From Cyanobacteria bacterium auto_48_18 (GTDB lineage Bacteria; Cyanobacteriota; Vampirovibrionia; Obscuribacterales; Obscuribacteraceae): a stretch of 64,000 nucleotides of DNA. A model generated the notes under the pieces. The model ran no database searches. It saw only the letters and a program-made list of their open reading frames with translations, and had not been told where the DNA came from. Shown piece after piece: positions 19,187 through 30,782 of the stretch. Each line of letters opens with the position of its first letter. The stretch's first letter is position 1. The position numbers and the translations under genes are program-made. Location: positions 160,001-224,000 of the forward strand of contig JAVHQC010000036.1 in assembly GCA_036170915.1 (NCBI GenBank). The letters run 5' to 3'.

Positions 19187-20935
19187 CTAAATAGCACCGT
19201 CCTGGGCCAGAGGCTCTATCGTGACATCTTTGTAGTAGTACGACAGAATCTGTTCTGCATTATATCCGTTATCAGCCAGGGCTTTCGCTCCCCATTGAGA
19301 AAGGCCAAGGCCGTGACCGTAACCTCTACCGCTAAAGATGTAGTTACTGTCGGCTTGAAAGAGGCTGAACTGGGTGCTGGGGAGGTTAAACAATCTTCTT
19401 AAATCAGCTCCCGAAATCACTCGCGCCGAGCTTTGACCAACAAGTAGAACGTCTTTGACTCGCTGAGAGACACCCGGATAGCGCCCAATTACCAGAACCC
19501 CTAAAAGGCTTTGATTTTCACCGTTGGGCGCTGCTGCTGTCAGCGTCTTAGCCAGAGCCTGGGCACTGACTGTTTTCTTCCAGTTAAATTGAGGAGCAGC
19601 ATCGTCGTAATCAACGACACTCTTCAAATAAGGTAAAGGGCGGCTCCAGACATTTTCAGAAACTTCAGTGCTACCACCACTAGTGCTGTGGAAAAATGCC
19701 GAAATCACTTTATTTGCGTTCTTTAGAACCAGTCCGGCCGTGTCGGCTACAGCACTGTTTGTCTCAGCAGATTCTGCCACAACTCCTCGATAAACTTGAT
19801 CATCGACTGTGGCTTTAACGTCATAGCCTTCTTTACCATGCTTGCCGAGATTAGCCACAGCGTATGATCGCGCGGCAATGGCCTGAGCTTTTAAGACCTC
19901 TTTGGGCCAGAGGGAAGGCACCTCTGACGGTACCACAGAAAGTAAATAATCTTCCAGGTCTAAGACATTGATAACGGCGATACTTGTAGTAGCGCCATTG
20001 CTATTAGTATTATCAGTGCTCACCGGTTTAAGAATGACCGCACCGCGATAAAGTTTACCGTTTACACCAAGCAGGGGCGCTGAACCGGGCTGGTTTGTGC
20101 TGCCGGCCACAGCTATATAACCTTGCGACGCATCGGGCAGTGCTGCACTGGTACTATCTTCGGTGCTGATTAAAGCCGCCGAGTTTTTTGCCGGCAGCGA
20201 CAGCTGAACGCCACCAGGAATAGTGCCATTGCCGAACATAGAACCAGTACTTGGTATAAATGCCGCCTTAGTAAAAGCTCCTACTGCTGCAATTTTGTCT
20301 CTTGCGCTTTTGGCGGCAAAATTGAAGTTTGGTTTACCGCCTACCTTGGCTAGATTTAAATTCCATGCGCTCTGTGGGGCAATTTTTGCCACTAGAACGC
20401 CGTCGGCAACAGTATAGATATTGCCTCCATCAGGAAAATCTAAGTCGACTTTCTGAACACCGCTGGCCAGACAAACTCTAATGTTGGTCCTGGCGAAATT
20501 TTTAGAATTTGCCCTCGACCAGGGCGTAGCTGATTTAGACGAATAAGCCAGCTGATCTTCAACTGGAGTTGGTTGAGCAGCCTGGTCTAATGGCGATTGC
20601 GCCAGCGCCGGTGGTGGCAGGAAACTGAATGATAATGAAGTTAGGAGGGCAAAAAAGCCCGTATATAACCTGGCGCCCCAGAGTGACTGTTTGGTACCAC
20701 CAAACCCGGTATCGCTGCTGTTGCCATTACTGCTTGCGTTACCAGTGGCAGCCAATCTACCTGCCACCATCCAGGGTGACATGACCGATAAATCTTCGGA
20801 CTCTTCTACCAGGTCTACAGCCATGTAGGCTTCAACCGCAGCAGAAATAGCCGCCATTTCTTCTTCTGTGGCCACAAGAGTAGTCGCAGAATCGGCTGAC
20901 TGCACTGAAAATTGAGACCCAGAAGACAAATGCAT
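19187..20935 (-). CDS. SpoIID/LytB domain peptidoglycan lytic protein with unusual N-terminal extension
   Basis: LEDYLLSVVPSE, LKAQAIAARSYA, DQVYRG, GRGYGHGLGLSQWGA. Confidence 0.9.
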   Translation of the reverse strand: MHLSSGSQFSVQSADSATTLVATEEEMAAISAAVEAYMAVDLVEESEDLSVMSPWMVAGRLAATGNASSNGNSSDTGFGGTKQSLWGARLYTGFFALLTSLSFSFLPPPALAQSPLDQAAQPTPVEDQLAYSSKSATPWSRANSKNFARTNIRVCLASGVQKVDLDFPDGGNIYTVADGVLVAKIAPQSAWNLNLAKVGGKPNFNFAAKSARDKIAAVGAFTKAAFIPSTGSMFGNGTIPGGVQLSLPAKNSAALISTEDSTSAALPDASQGYIAVAGSTNQPGSAPLLGVNGKLYRGAVILKPVSTDNTNSNGATTSIAVINVLDLEDYLLSVVPSEVPSLWPKEVLKAQAIAARSYAVANLGKHGKEGYDVKATVDDQVYRGVVAESAETNSAVADTAGLVLKNANKVISAFFHSTSGGSTEVSENVWSRPLPYLKSVVDYDDAAPQFNWKKTVSAQALAKTLTAAAPNGENQSLLGVLVIGRYPGVSQRVKDVLLVGQSSARVISGADLRRLFNLPSTQFSLFQADSNYIFSGRGYGHGLGLSQWGAKALADNGYNAEQILSYYYKDVTIEPLAQDGAI

Positions 20936-21031
20936 ATTGCTGACCAGCTGAAAACTACTAATATGCCACTTAGCAATTATAACCGTCAGTCAATTTTTGT
21001 CGAATTTACAGCTAATTTCTAATATGAGAAA

Positions 21032-21913
21032 TTAGCCTTTGAGGGCCTCGGCGCCACCTACGATTTCGAGCAATTCTTGCGTAATGGCCGCCTGACGAGC
21101 TTTGTTGTACACCAGGGTCAAGCTTGCAATTAGATCGCGAGCATTATTTGAAGCATTAGTCATAGCGGTCATGCGGGCCGCCAATTCGGCAGCAGATGCT
21201 TCAAGCAGGCCCTGATAGATAACGTTCTGGATATACTTCGGCAAAAGCTCCCGTTCCATCACATCAATAATGCTCGGCTCAAAAAGACGAATTGGTTGAA
21301 GAGAAGTTTTGACTTCAGCTTGCGGCATTTCAATAGGCAGATACTTAGTAGTCACCACTTCAGAACGCAACATCGAAATGAAATCGGTGCCAATCACTTC
21401 AATGGCATCCACTTTCTTCTCGGTATAGAGTTCGCCGGCGTAAGTAGCAATCATTTTTGCTTCTTCAACAGTAGGAATGGCAGGTAGCAAGGTGTAGACC
21501 TTTAGCTTTTCCACCTTGATTGATTTGAAGAACGAAACCGCTTTCAAACCAACCAGAATTAGACCCACTTCTTTGCCTTCAGCCTGCAATTGCGAAATGC
21601 GCGAAATTACTTCACGAAAGACTGTGGTGTTGTAAGAGCCGCATAATCCACGATCTGATGACAGAACGATGATGCCGACCTTTTTTACATCGCGCCTTGA
21701 AAGTAGCTCCAGGCCTTGCACATCAATGGGGCTAATTTCACCCACCACTTCGCGCAATACTCTTACTACAGCTTGAGTAAACGGCCGGGCCGCAAGCACA
21801 CGCATTTGCGCGCGCCTTACTTTTGCCGCAGCAACCAGTCTCATCGCCCGAGTGATTTTCTGGGTAGACTGAACGCTTTTAATTCTTTGACGAATTGCTT
21901 TGAGGTTAGCCAT
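21032..21913 (-). CDS. atpG: ATP synthase F1 gamma subunit
   Basis: KITRAMRLVAAAK, DRGLCGSYN, YNKARQAAITQELLEIVGGA. Confidence 0.97.
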   Translation of the reverse strand: MANLKAIRQRIKSVQSTQKITRAMRLVAAAKVRRAQMRVLAARPFTQAVVRVLREVVGEISPIDVQGLELLSRRDVKKVGIIVLSSDRGLCGSYNTTVFREVISRISQLQAEGKEVGLILVGLKAVSFFKSIKVEKLKVYTLLPAIPTVEEAKMIATYAGELYTEKKVDAIEVIGTDFISMLRSEVVTTKYLPIEMPQAEVKTSLQPIRLFEPSIIDVMERELLPKYIQNVIYQGLLEASAAELAARMTAMTNASNNARDLIASLTLVYNKARQAAITQELLEIVGGAEALKG

Positions 21914-21934
21914 CTGATTGCCTTGCCTGTCTAA

Positions 21935-23464
21935 TTATGGTTTGAAGAAATTGGTCTTGAACTTGTTCAAGTGTTCTACAAGCGCGGCGTCATCAGCGTC
22001 GGAGAGCTTGTCGCCTGTAAGCAGTTTGGCGTCAAGATCTTTGGCCTGAGCTGCCAGATACTTGAACCATTCAACTTTGAACTTGGTGATGTTTTTAGTT
22101 TCTACATCATCAAGAATGCCTTTGTTAGCGGCAAAGAGAATTGATACTTGCTCAGACAAACTGAGCGGACGGTATTGAGCTTGCTTCAATACTTCAGTCA
22201 GTTTCTGGCCACGGCGAATTTGATCTTGAGTGGATTTATCGAGGTCTGAAGCGAATTGAGCGAATGCTTCCAGCTCTCTAAATTGCGCTAAGTCAAGGCG
22301 AAGTTTACCGGCTACGGCCTTCATCGCTTTAGTTTGAGCTGAACCGCCCACTCGGCTAACCGAAATACCGGCGTTGATGGCCGGACGTACACCAGCGTAG
22401 AACAAGTCTGTTTCTAAGAAAATTTGACCGTCAGTAATTGAAATTACGTTGGTGGGAATGTATGCAGATACGTCACCAGCTTGAGTTTCAATAATCGGTA
22501 AGGCTGTCAGTGAGCCGGCACCAAGGGCGTCGGACAATTTGGCAGCGCGTTCCAGTAAGCGGCTGTGTAGATAGAAAACGTCTCCAGGGAAAGCTTCACG
22601 ACCTGGCGGACGACGCAAGAGCAAGCTCATGGTGCGGTAAGCAGTAGCGTGTTTCGACAAATCGTCGTAAACCACTAAAGCGTGTCCGCCTTTTTTCATG
22701 AAGTACTCACCCATAGCCACACCGGCGTAAGGGGCAAGGAATTGCAGCGCGGGAGCGTCAGTAGCTGGTGCGTTGACGATAATTGTGTATTCCATTGCAC
22801 CAGCTTCTTCCAAAATTTTCTGGATTTTGCCTACGTTGGAACTCTTCTGACCGATGGCCACATAGATGCAGATAGGACGATTTGGTTGGTTCTTCTGGTT
22901 GATGATGGCATCAATTGCCACTGCAGTTTTACCGGTTTGACGGTCACCAATGATAAGTTCGCGTTGACCGCGGCCAATTGGAATCATGCCGTCGATAGCC
23001 GCGATACCGGTCATCATTGGCTCGTGTACTGACTTACGTGAGACGATACCAGGAGCTTTGACTTCGATTGGTGAAATTTCGGTGGAGTTAATTGGGCCTT
23101 TGCCATCGAGCGGGACGCCGATCGGATTGACCACTCTACCGAGTAGAGCTTCGCCCACAGGGACAGAGGCAATTTTACCGGTGGTGCGAACTTCCATGCC
23201 TTCGCTGATTTTTCTGCCTTCGCCAAGAATTACAACACCGACGTTGTCTTCTTCAAGGTTGAGCACCATGCCGCGAGTTTTTTCTTCATCGTCAAATTCG
23301 ACGAGTTCACCAGCCATGGCTTTTTCCATGCCGTAAATGCGGGCGATACCATCACCCACTTGAAGAACGCTACCGACGTTGCTGACGTTCAATGCAGAAC
23401 GGTATTGCTCCAGCTGTGATTTCAATACTGATGTGATTTCGTCGGGCCTGATTGCCATGGTCAT
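21935..23464 (-). CDS. atpA: ATP synthase F1 alpha subunit
   Basis: [31 protein letters not shown]. Confidence 0.99.
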   Translation of the reverse strand: MTMAIRPDEITSVLKSQLEQYRSALNVSNVGSVLQVGDGIARIYGMEKAMAGELVEFDDEEKTRGMVLNLEEDNVGVVILGEGRKISEGMEVRTTGKIASVPVGEALLGRVVNPIGVPLDGKGPINSTEISPIEVKAPGIVSRKSVHEPMMTGIAAIDGMIPIGRGQRELIIGDRQTGKTAVAIDAIINQKNQPNRPICIYVAIGQKSSNVGKIQKILEEAGAMEYTIIVNAPATDAPALQFLAPYAGVAMGEYFMKKGGHALVVYDDLSKHATAYRTMSLLLRRPPGREAFPGDVFYLHSRLLERAAKLSDALGAGSLTALPIIETQAGDVSAYIPTNVISITDGQIFLETDLFYAGVRPAINAGISVSRVGGSAQTKAMKAVAGKLRLDLAQFRELEAFAQFASDLDKSTQDQIRRGQKLTEVLKQAQYRPLSLSEQVSILFAANKGILDDVETKNITKFKVEWFKYLAAQAKDLDAKLLTGDKLSDADDAALVEHLNKFKTNFFKP

Positions 23465-23532
23465 TAACCTCTAGATTTTCTTGTCTGTTTCGATTTCTAT
23501 AAAAAACTGCTACTGCGAACTAAAAAAATTAC

Positions 23533-24078
23533 TTATACATTCATTAGGGTTTTTTCCAGGGCTTTCAATCGTCCCTTCAAACTGCCGTCAATCACTTGAT
23601 CGCCTAGTCGCAAAACCACTCCGCCTATCAGTGTGGGATCAACTTTTACTTCCAACTCAAGGCGCTTACCGAGGTGTTCAGTTAGCTGTGCTTTGATGTT
23701 GGCGATATTGTTGTCGGCCATTGGCTCAGAACAAGTCAAAAGCGCACTGACAATATTTTTGCGCTGATTCAACAGTTCTCTATATCCAGATTCGATAAAT
23801 GGAAGCAGATCAAGGCGGCGCTTATCAGCCAGCAAATTGATCAGATTGTCGGTCAAGACAGAAATTTTTCCGCCGAAGACCGTCTTCAACACTTCTTTTT
23901 TCTGGTTGGCGCGAATGGCCGGATGATTGATCACCACATGCATATCTTTATCAGAAGCAAAGACGACGTTTATCAATTGCAGTTCACTGAGAACCTTATC
24001 TTCTTCCGCATTCTTTGCCGCCAGATCGAGCACAGCTTCGGCGTATGCGCTTGCGATTCCTTGCAGTTCAGTATTCAT
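23533..24078 (-). CDS. atpH: ATP synthase delta subunit
   Basis: YAEA, VDPTLIGG...VIDGSL; operon position. Confidence 0.95.
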   Translation of the reverse strand: MNTELQGIASAYAEAVLDLAAKNAEEDKVLSELQLINVVFASDKDMHVVINHPAIRANQKKEVLKTVFGGKISVLTDNLINLLADKRRLDLLPFIESGYRELLNQRKNIVSALLTCSEPMADNNIANIKAQLTEHLGKRLELEVKVDPTLIGGVVLRLGDQVIDGSLKGRLKALEKTLMNV

Positions 24079-24098
24079 TTCTAAGCGTGACCTGCCTG

Positions 24099-24653
24099 TT
24101 ATTTTCTAGTTGATTCAAGCGAACCGGTGGCAACAATCGATTTGGCGTTGAGCGTCTCAAGCTGTTCCATAAACTGGCTCAGCAAGCCGGCTTTTACTTC
24201 GGCGCTGGTTTGTTCTGCCAGCTGCGAACGTGTCAATTCGATAGCAGCCTTTACAGCAGCTTGACGCATCTCGTTTACCAGAAGTTGTCTTTCACCAGCT
24301 ACCGCGTTTTCAAATTTGACCAACATTTCGGCTATGTCTTTTTTTGTTTGAGCCTCAAGGGTGGCCTGCATCTCGGCAGCAATATTTTTTGCTTCGCTGA
24401 CGATTTGCTCAGCTTCTACTTCGGCGTTAGCTACAGCCGCTTTCTGTTTAGCCAAAAGTGCTTCGGCTTCAAGACGGGCTCTCTGAGCTGCTTCCAGAGT
24501 GGAGTTGATTTGCAATTCACGAGCAGCAAAAACCGGTGGAAGATTTTTTGCCAGTACCCACCAGAAGAAAATCACCAACAAGAACCAGTTGATGACATTG
24601 TTTTCAAACATGGCAAAAAGAGGATTGGCTTGTACTTCAGCAAACAAAAACAT
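24099..24653 (-). CDS. atpF: ATP synthase subunit b
   Basis: FENNVIN plus one TM helix plus coiled coil, as in cyanobacterial subunit b. Confidence 0.88.
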   Translation of the reverse strand: MFLFAEVQANPLFAMFENNVINWFLLVIFFWWVLAKNLPPVFAARELQINSTLEAAQRARLEAEALLAKQKAAVANAEVEAEQIVSEAKNIAAEMQATLEAQTKKDIAEMLVKFENAVAGERQLLVNEMRQAAVKAAIELTRSQLAEQTSAEVKAGLLSQFMEQLETLNAKSIVATGSLESTRK

Positions 24654-25133
24654 TTAGCAGGCCTCCTCTAACGCTCTCTTCACCTGGGTTTTATCCATGG
24701 AGACAGCTTTATGGCCTGCCCCTATGAGTTTGCCCATAATGATGTTGACCAGTTCGATTTCTTTATCAACCAACTGATCAACAAGCGCTGTTTTCTCTAC
24801 CGCCAACTCAGCGCGAGCAGCTGTAAGTCGCTCGCGGCCCTGAGTTTGCACTTTCGCTATTTCTTCATTGCGTACTTTTTGTGATGCAGTAGCAGCTTCA
24901 TTGATAATCGTCTGAGCTTTGTTGCGCACCTCTACCAGACGTTTCTGATAGTCGGCCAACACAACTTCGGCTTCAGAGCGAGAAACTTTTGATAGCGCCA
25001 GGTCTTGCTCTACTTTGGCAGCCCGGGCCTCCAGAACACTGGAGACGGGCTTAACAAAGACCAGATTCAAAGCCCAAATAAAGGCCAGGAAGCTGATTAA
25101 AAGTACGACGACTGTTCCGTTTAGTTCGAGCAT
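24654..25133 (-). CDS. ATP synthase subunit b'
   Basis: ELNGT...LNLVFVKPV...R TM helix plus coiled coil; second b paralog. Confidence 0.85.
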   Translation of the reverse strand: MLELNGTVVVLLISFLAFIWALNLVFVKPVSSVLEARAAKVEQDLALSKVSRSEAEVVLADYQKRLVEVRNKAQTIINEAATASQKVRNEEIAKVQTQGRERLTAARAELAVEKTALVDQLVDKEIELVNIIMGKLIGAGHKAVSMDKTQVKRALEEAC

Positions 25134-25176
25134 TTTGTTGAATTACTCTCTGGTTTCCTACTAATAATTCTAATTT

Positions 25177-25467
25177 TTAGCCTTTACCAAGAGTGAAAAG
25201 TTGGAGCGAAACCAAGAAAGCAAACAGACCAAGAGCTTCCATCAAAGCGGCGAAAATGATGCCGTTGATGAGCAATTTGCCTTGCATTTCAGGTTGACGA
25301 GCCATACCTTCCAGAGCTCTGGAAGCAGCGATACCGATACCGATACCAGGTACGCCGACGCCGATTGCTCCTAAGCCTGCGCCAAGAAGTGCAGCCGATC
25401 TGATGAATGTCTGACTATCTACTCCGCCCGCGACAGTTCCAGCCTGGGCAATAAGTTGGTGGTCCAC
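25177..25467 (-). CDS. atpE: ATP synthase subunit c (likely GTG start at 25467)
   Basis: ARQPE loop, MEAL ion-binding Glu; AAGGAG RBS upstream of GTG. Confidence 0.93.
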   Translation of the reverse strand: MDHQLIAQAGTVAGGVDSQTFIRSAALLGAGLGAIGVGVPGIGIGIAASRALEGMARQPEMQGKLLINGIIFAALMEALGLFAFLVSLQLFTLGKG

Positions 25468-25561
25468 AGAAAATCTCCTTAACTCGTATCGAAAAAATTT
25501 CGCCATCCATTTCGAATCGACTATTTCGCTTTCGCAAAAGCCAATTTCAAAAGGCGTACTG

Positions 25562-25570
25562 ATTATAACA
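25562..25570 (-). promoter_or_regulatory. Extended -10 promoter for atpE onward
   Basis: TGTTATAAT on the minus strand about 95 nt upstream of atpE. Confidence 0.6.
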
Positions 25571-25807
25571 GTTGGAAGAAGCCCTATCGGTGGGCTTAAA
25601 AGCGCTTAAATAAGAGTAGAAGCAGCATGGCGAGCCGTTCTTTATCTAAGGGAGCTGGGGGGCGCGTCAAAAGACTGCAATAAAAGTGAACAATTTCCTA
25701 ACGATGTTAGTTACTAAATGCAGCACTGCAGGCCGGTTGTATCAATGGTGCACATATCCGGGTAGCCAAGACCAGTGCGTTTGACTGCCTGTATGTTTTG
25801 CACTTGA

Positions 25808-25850
25808 CTGAAACGCAGAGAAATTTATGGCAAATTTCTCTGCGTTTTAG
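25808..25850 (-). terminator. Strong hairpin downstream of atpB (terminator or processing site)
   Basis: Perfect 16-bp inverted repeat AAACGCAGAGAAATTT/AAATTTCTCTGCGTTT. Confidence 0.65.
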
Positions 25851-25898
25851 CAGGCGCATTTTAAGCATGCACTAAGCAGCCACCGAAATAGTCAAAAA

Positions 25899-26660
25899 TT
25901 AGTGATGCTCAGCCACTGCAGCACCAATATAAATTGATGTCAGCAAGGTGAAAACAAAGGCTTGCACTAAAGCGATGAACACTTCAAAGGCCATCACCAG
26001 CGAAGGCAGAATCACAGGACACATACCAAGGAAAGCACTACGAAGCATTTCATCAGCAGTGATTACCAGCAAAAGTCTCAAAGCCAGTGTGGCAGGACGA
26101 ACAACTAAGTCGAGCCATTCAAGAGGAGCAATTGGTTTCCACAAGAACAAGCCAACATAGTGATGGCCGTGCACTTTAACCCCTGATGCCAGGTAAGTGA
26201 AAATAGCCAGACCAGCTAGACCAGCAGTGACATTAAAGTCAGTGGTAGCAGCAGCTACTTCAAAATGTTTGCCGTGTACATGAGGCCACCAGGACATGTG
26301 CTCAAGTACTTGGTAAGGCAGAATGCCAATTAAATTGCTGGCCAAAATAAACATGAACAAGCCGCAAAGCAAAGGCATGTAAGGTTTATAGCGATGGTCG
26401 CCAATTGAGCCCTTAGCAATGTCGAGAATAAATGTATAAAGACCTTCCAGTACACCCTGGCCTTTGCCGCCGGGACCTTCCACAGTCATGTTGCTGGTAA
26501 TTGCCGAGCAACCAAGAAGGATGAGACCCATAGCCGCCCAACTGAGAATGATGGTGTCAGCGTGAATGTCTCCAACTGTACCGAGACCAAGTGGCAGTGC
26601 GATATTAGTAATGCTTGGATCGTGAACTAACTCTTTTAAGGGTAAACTTTCGCCTAGCAT
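25899..26660 (-). CDS. atpB: ATP synthase subunit a
   Basis: TTDFNVT, RPATLALRL, QAFVFTLLTSIYI. Confidence 0.93.
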   Translation of the reverse strand: MLGESLPLKELVHDPSITNIALPLGLGTVGDIHADTIILSWAAMGLILLGCSAITSNMTVEGPGGKGQGVLEGLYTFILDIAKGSIGDHRYKPYMPLLCGLFMFILASNLIGILPYQVLEHMSWWPHVHGKHFEVAAATTDFNVTAGLAGLAIFTYLASGVKVHGHHYVGLFLWKPIAPLEWLDLVVRPATLALRLLLVITADEMLRSAFLGMCPVILPSLVMAFEVFIALVQAFVFTLLTSIYIGAAVAEHH

Positions 26661-26755
26661 TCCACTGTTCCCATTTGAATTGACTGGTTTTTAAATCAAA
26701 AAAAAATTGCGCCGCAGCAAAGGCCGGACGAAGAAAATCATAGCAGATGGCGACT

Positions 26756-26989
26756 TCAGGATTTTTTGTCCATATCGCTGGAACGTTTGAGGATATAGGC
26801 TATGCCCAGACCAAATCCGACTGAAATGCCCACGATAACACCGTAAGGACTCCAGTGTAATTGACTGTCGAGCCAGGCTCCAGCGAAATATCCGGCAATT
26901 GACAAGACAACGATTGATGAACCCAGCTCAGAAGCCATCATGATTTGAGCGCCAAGGCTTGCCGAGGGCTTCTCTGCTTTGTTCTTCAT
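26756..26989 (-). CDS. AtpZ/AtpI-family ATP synthase gene 1 protein
   Basis: Two TM helices with G.WLD...SP motif; first gene of the atp operon. Confidence 0.8.
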   Translation of the reverse strand: MKNKAEKPSASLGAQIMMASELGSSIVVLSIAGYFAGAWLDSQLHWSPYGVIVGISVGFGLGIAYILKRSSDMDKKS

Positions 26990-27217
26990 AATGATTTCAG
27001 CATGTCGTTAAGAAGCCTTTATAGACGCCACTGCAACTGCTTCTAATGTAGCACCAAGCAATTAAGATTAAGCAGGTCTAGTCTTACCTCAGACTGACAG
27101 CAGCAAAAGCGGGCATAAGTGAAAATGAAGGTAACTGAACGCGAAGGTTCATGCTAAGAGCAAATTTATGCTATGAGTATATGACTTATCTTGGTAGATA
27201 ATAGGAGTTATCAGTAG

Positions 27218-29096
<1,879 letters not shown>

Positions 29097-29135
29097 TTAG
29101 CTCTCAAGCATCAGTATAGATATAATTTCTAAGAG

Positions 29136-30749
29136 ATGAAAGAGATGCAAAATATTACTCAACTAAGAAGGGCTTTAGCATTGTGCTTGAGCTTGTGCCT
29201 GGGTGCCAGCGCCGCAGAGGCAACTGACACTGGTGTTTACGCCAATAAAGTATTAAAAAGAAGATTGCAATCAGACAAGCGCATGGCCGTTAGTGTGGCC
29301 GCCGAAGGTGGTGCTGACGTTTATGCCAGCTTCCCCTTTGCCAGTAAACAAATACAATCGCAACTGCACCTGATTCTAGGACGCTATCAAACTTTTGCTG
29401 GTCAAGACGATGCATTGGCTTTGCCCACAAGGCCAGGTGAAAAGTCTACCGCTGACATTGAAATGGAAGTAGCTGCTCTTAAAGGAGGCGCTGACCAGAA
29501 GCGTCTTGCTCATACACGTAAAAGTGCAGAACAACTGATTTTAGGCTCTGCCGTCAACGACGTAAAAGTTTTAGATGAGTTCAGCGCACCACCTGTGATG
29601 GAAGGTGCGGGCAGTGCATTGCGTAAAATCAAAAGCATTGATGCAGCATCGATTGAAGCCTTCGATCTGGCTCGCAGCAATCGAATAGCAGCGGCACTGC
29701 GTGTTTTAAGCACCGCACTGGCCGCGAGCAAAGAAACTGGTAGTGCGCAAATTCGCTTGAGCAATAATCATATTTGCTTACTGGCATTGAACGATGATTT
29801 AAGTGGTGCCCTCACGGCAATGAAAAAAGCAGCAGCGCAGAACCCTCAGTTTACTGACGGGGCAAAATACCCCATTACCGTGCTTAATCAAGTAGCCATT
29901 TATCTAGCGGCCAAAGACACAGCTTCGGCCCTGACGGCCCTCGATAGCTTAAGGAACACCACTATTTCGGGCCGTCTGGGGCTGTGCTACTGGCATAGCA
30001 AAATTAGAGCCTATCAAATCAATGGTCAGACGGCAGAGGCGCAAAACGCCCTTGATCAGATGATCAAACGCTATCCAAACAATACACTGGCGCTCACCAC
30101 TGCTGGTGACCTCTGCATGGAAGGGGGCAACTATAAAAAGGCCGCAGACTACTACGCCCCGGCCGCCAGCATCAATAAAAACGATCCTGATGCACTGATT
30201 AAACTGGCTCAGTGTCAGGCAAAGCTGGGTGATCTCGACAGCGCCATCAACACTGCCACCACTGCAGTCAATAATTGCCCCAACAACGCGCCGGCCCATA
30301 TTGCCCTGGGTAAGTTGCATATGGACAATAAAGAATTTCTCGGTGCCAAGCTGCAATTTGAACGGGCTCTGGAATTAAAACCTGAGTTTGCCGTAAAAAG
30401 AGCGGCTTTCACACCGCTGATAAAAGTACTCGATATCATGAATGAAGACAAAGAGCTTCTGCGTAACCTGGCTCTCTGGGCCAAAGAGAACCCTCAAGAG
30501 GCGCTTTGTCATTACAATTATGCATTTGTACTGGCGCAAAAAAATCAGATTGCACCAGCAATTTCGGCCTACGAGAAAGCGATCGCATTGACACCCGAGT
30601 TTAGTAAGGCGCGCTATAACCTGGCTTTGCTTTATCGTCAGACTAATCGCACAGAAGAGGCAAAAGCCCAACTCAGTCAGCTTTTGGCCAACACTAAAGT
30701 GCAGGCTGAAAAAGAACAGGCGGAGCAATTGCTGCGCAGTTTCAATTGA
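29136..30749 (+). CDS. Exported TPR protein
   Basis: Signal peptide (AEA-T) and multiple C-terminal TPR units. Confidence 0.82.
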   Translation: MKEMQNITQLRRALALCLSLCLGASAAEATDTGVYANKVLKRRLQSDKRMAVSVAAEGGADVYASFPFASKQIQSQLHLILGRYQTFAGQDDALALPTRPGEKSTADIEMEVAALKGGADQKRLAHTRKSAEQLILGSAVNDVKVLDEFSAPPVMEGAGSALRKIKSIDAASIEAFDLARSNRIAAALRVLSTALAASKETGSAQIRLSNNHICLLALNDDLSGALTAMKKAAAQNPQFTDGAKYPITVLNQVAIYLAAKDTASALTALDSLRNTTISGRLGLCYWHSKIRAYQINGQTAEAQNALDQMIKRYPNNTLALTTAGDLCMEGGNYKKAADYYAPAASINKNDPDALIKLAQCQAKLGDLDSAINTATTAVNNCPNNAPAHIALGKLHMDNKEFLGAKLQFERALELKPEFAVKRAAFTPLIKVLDIMNEDKELLRNLALWAKENPQEALCHYNYAFVLAQKNQIAPAISAYEKAIALTPEFSKARYNLALLYRQTNRTEEAKAQLSQLLANTKVQAEKEQAEQLLRSFN

Positions 30750-30782
30750 TTGATAAAACAATCTATATATAAGGTATCGCGA

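Noticed and set aside
25177..25467. Na+-translocating or N-type ATPase
   Set aside because: Subunit c lacks the Q and ES/T sodium ligands, and gene order is not N-ATPase-like
30579..30586. HIP1 octamer GCGATCGC
   Set aside because: Only an isolated copy noticed; none of the enrichment seen in many oxygenic cyanobacteria
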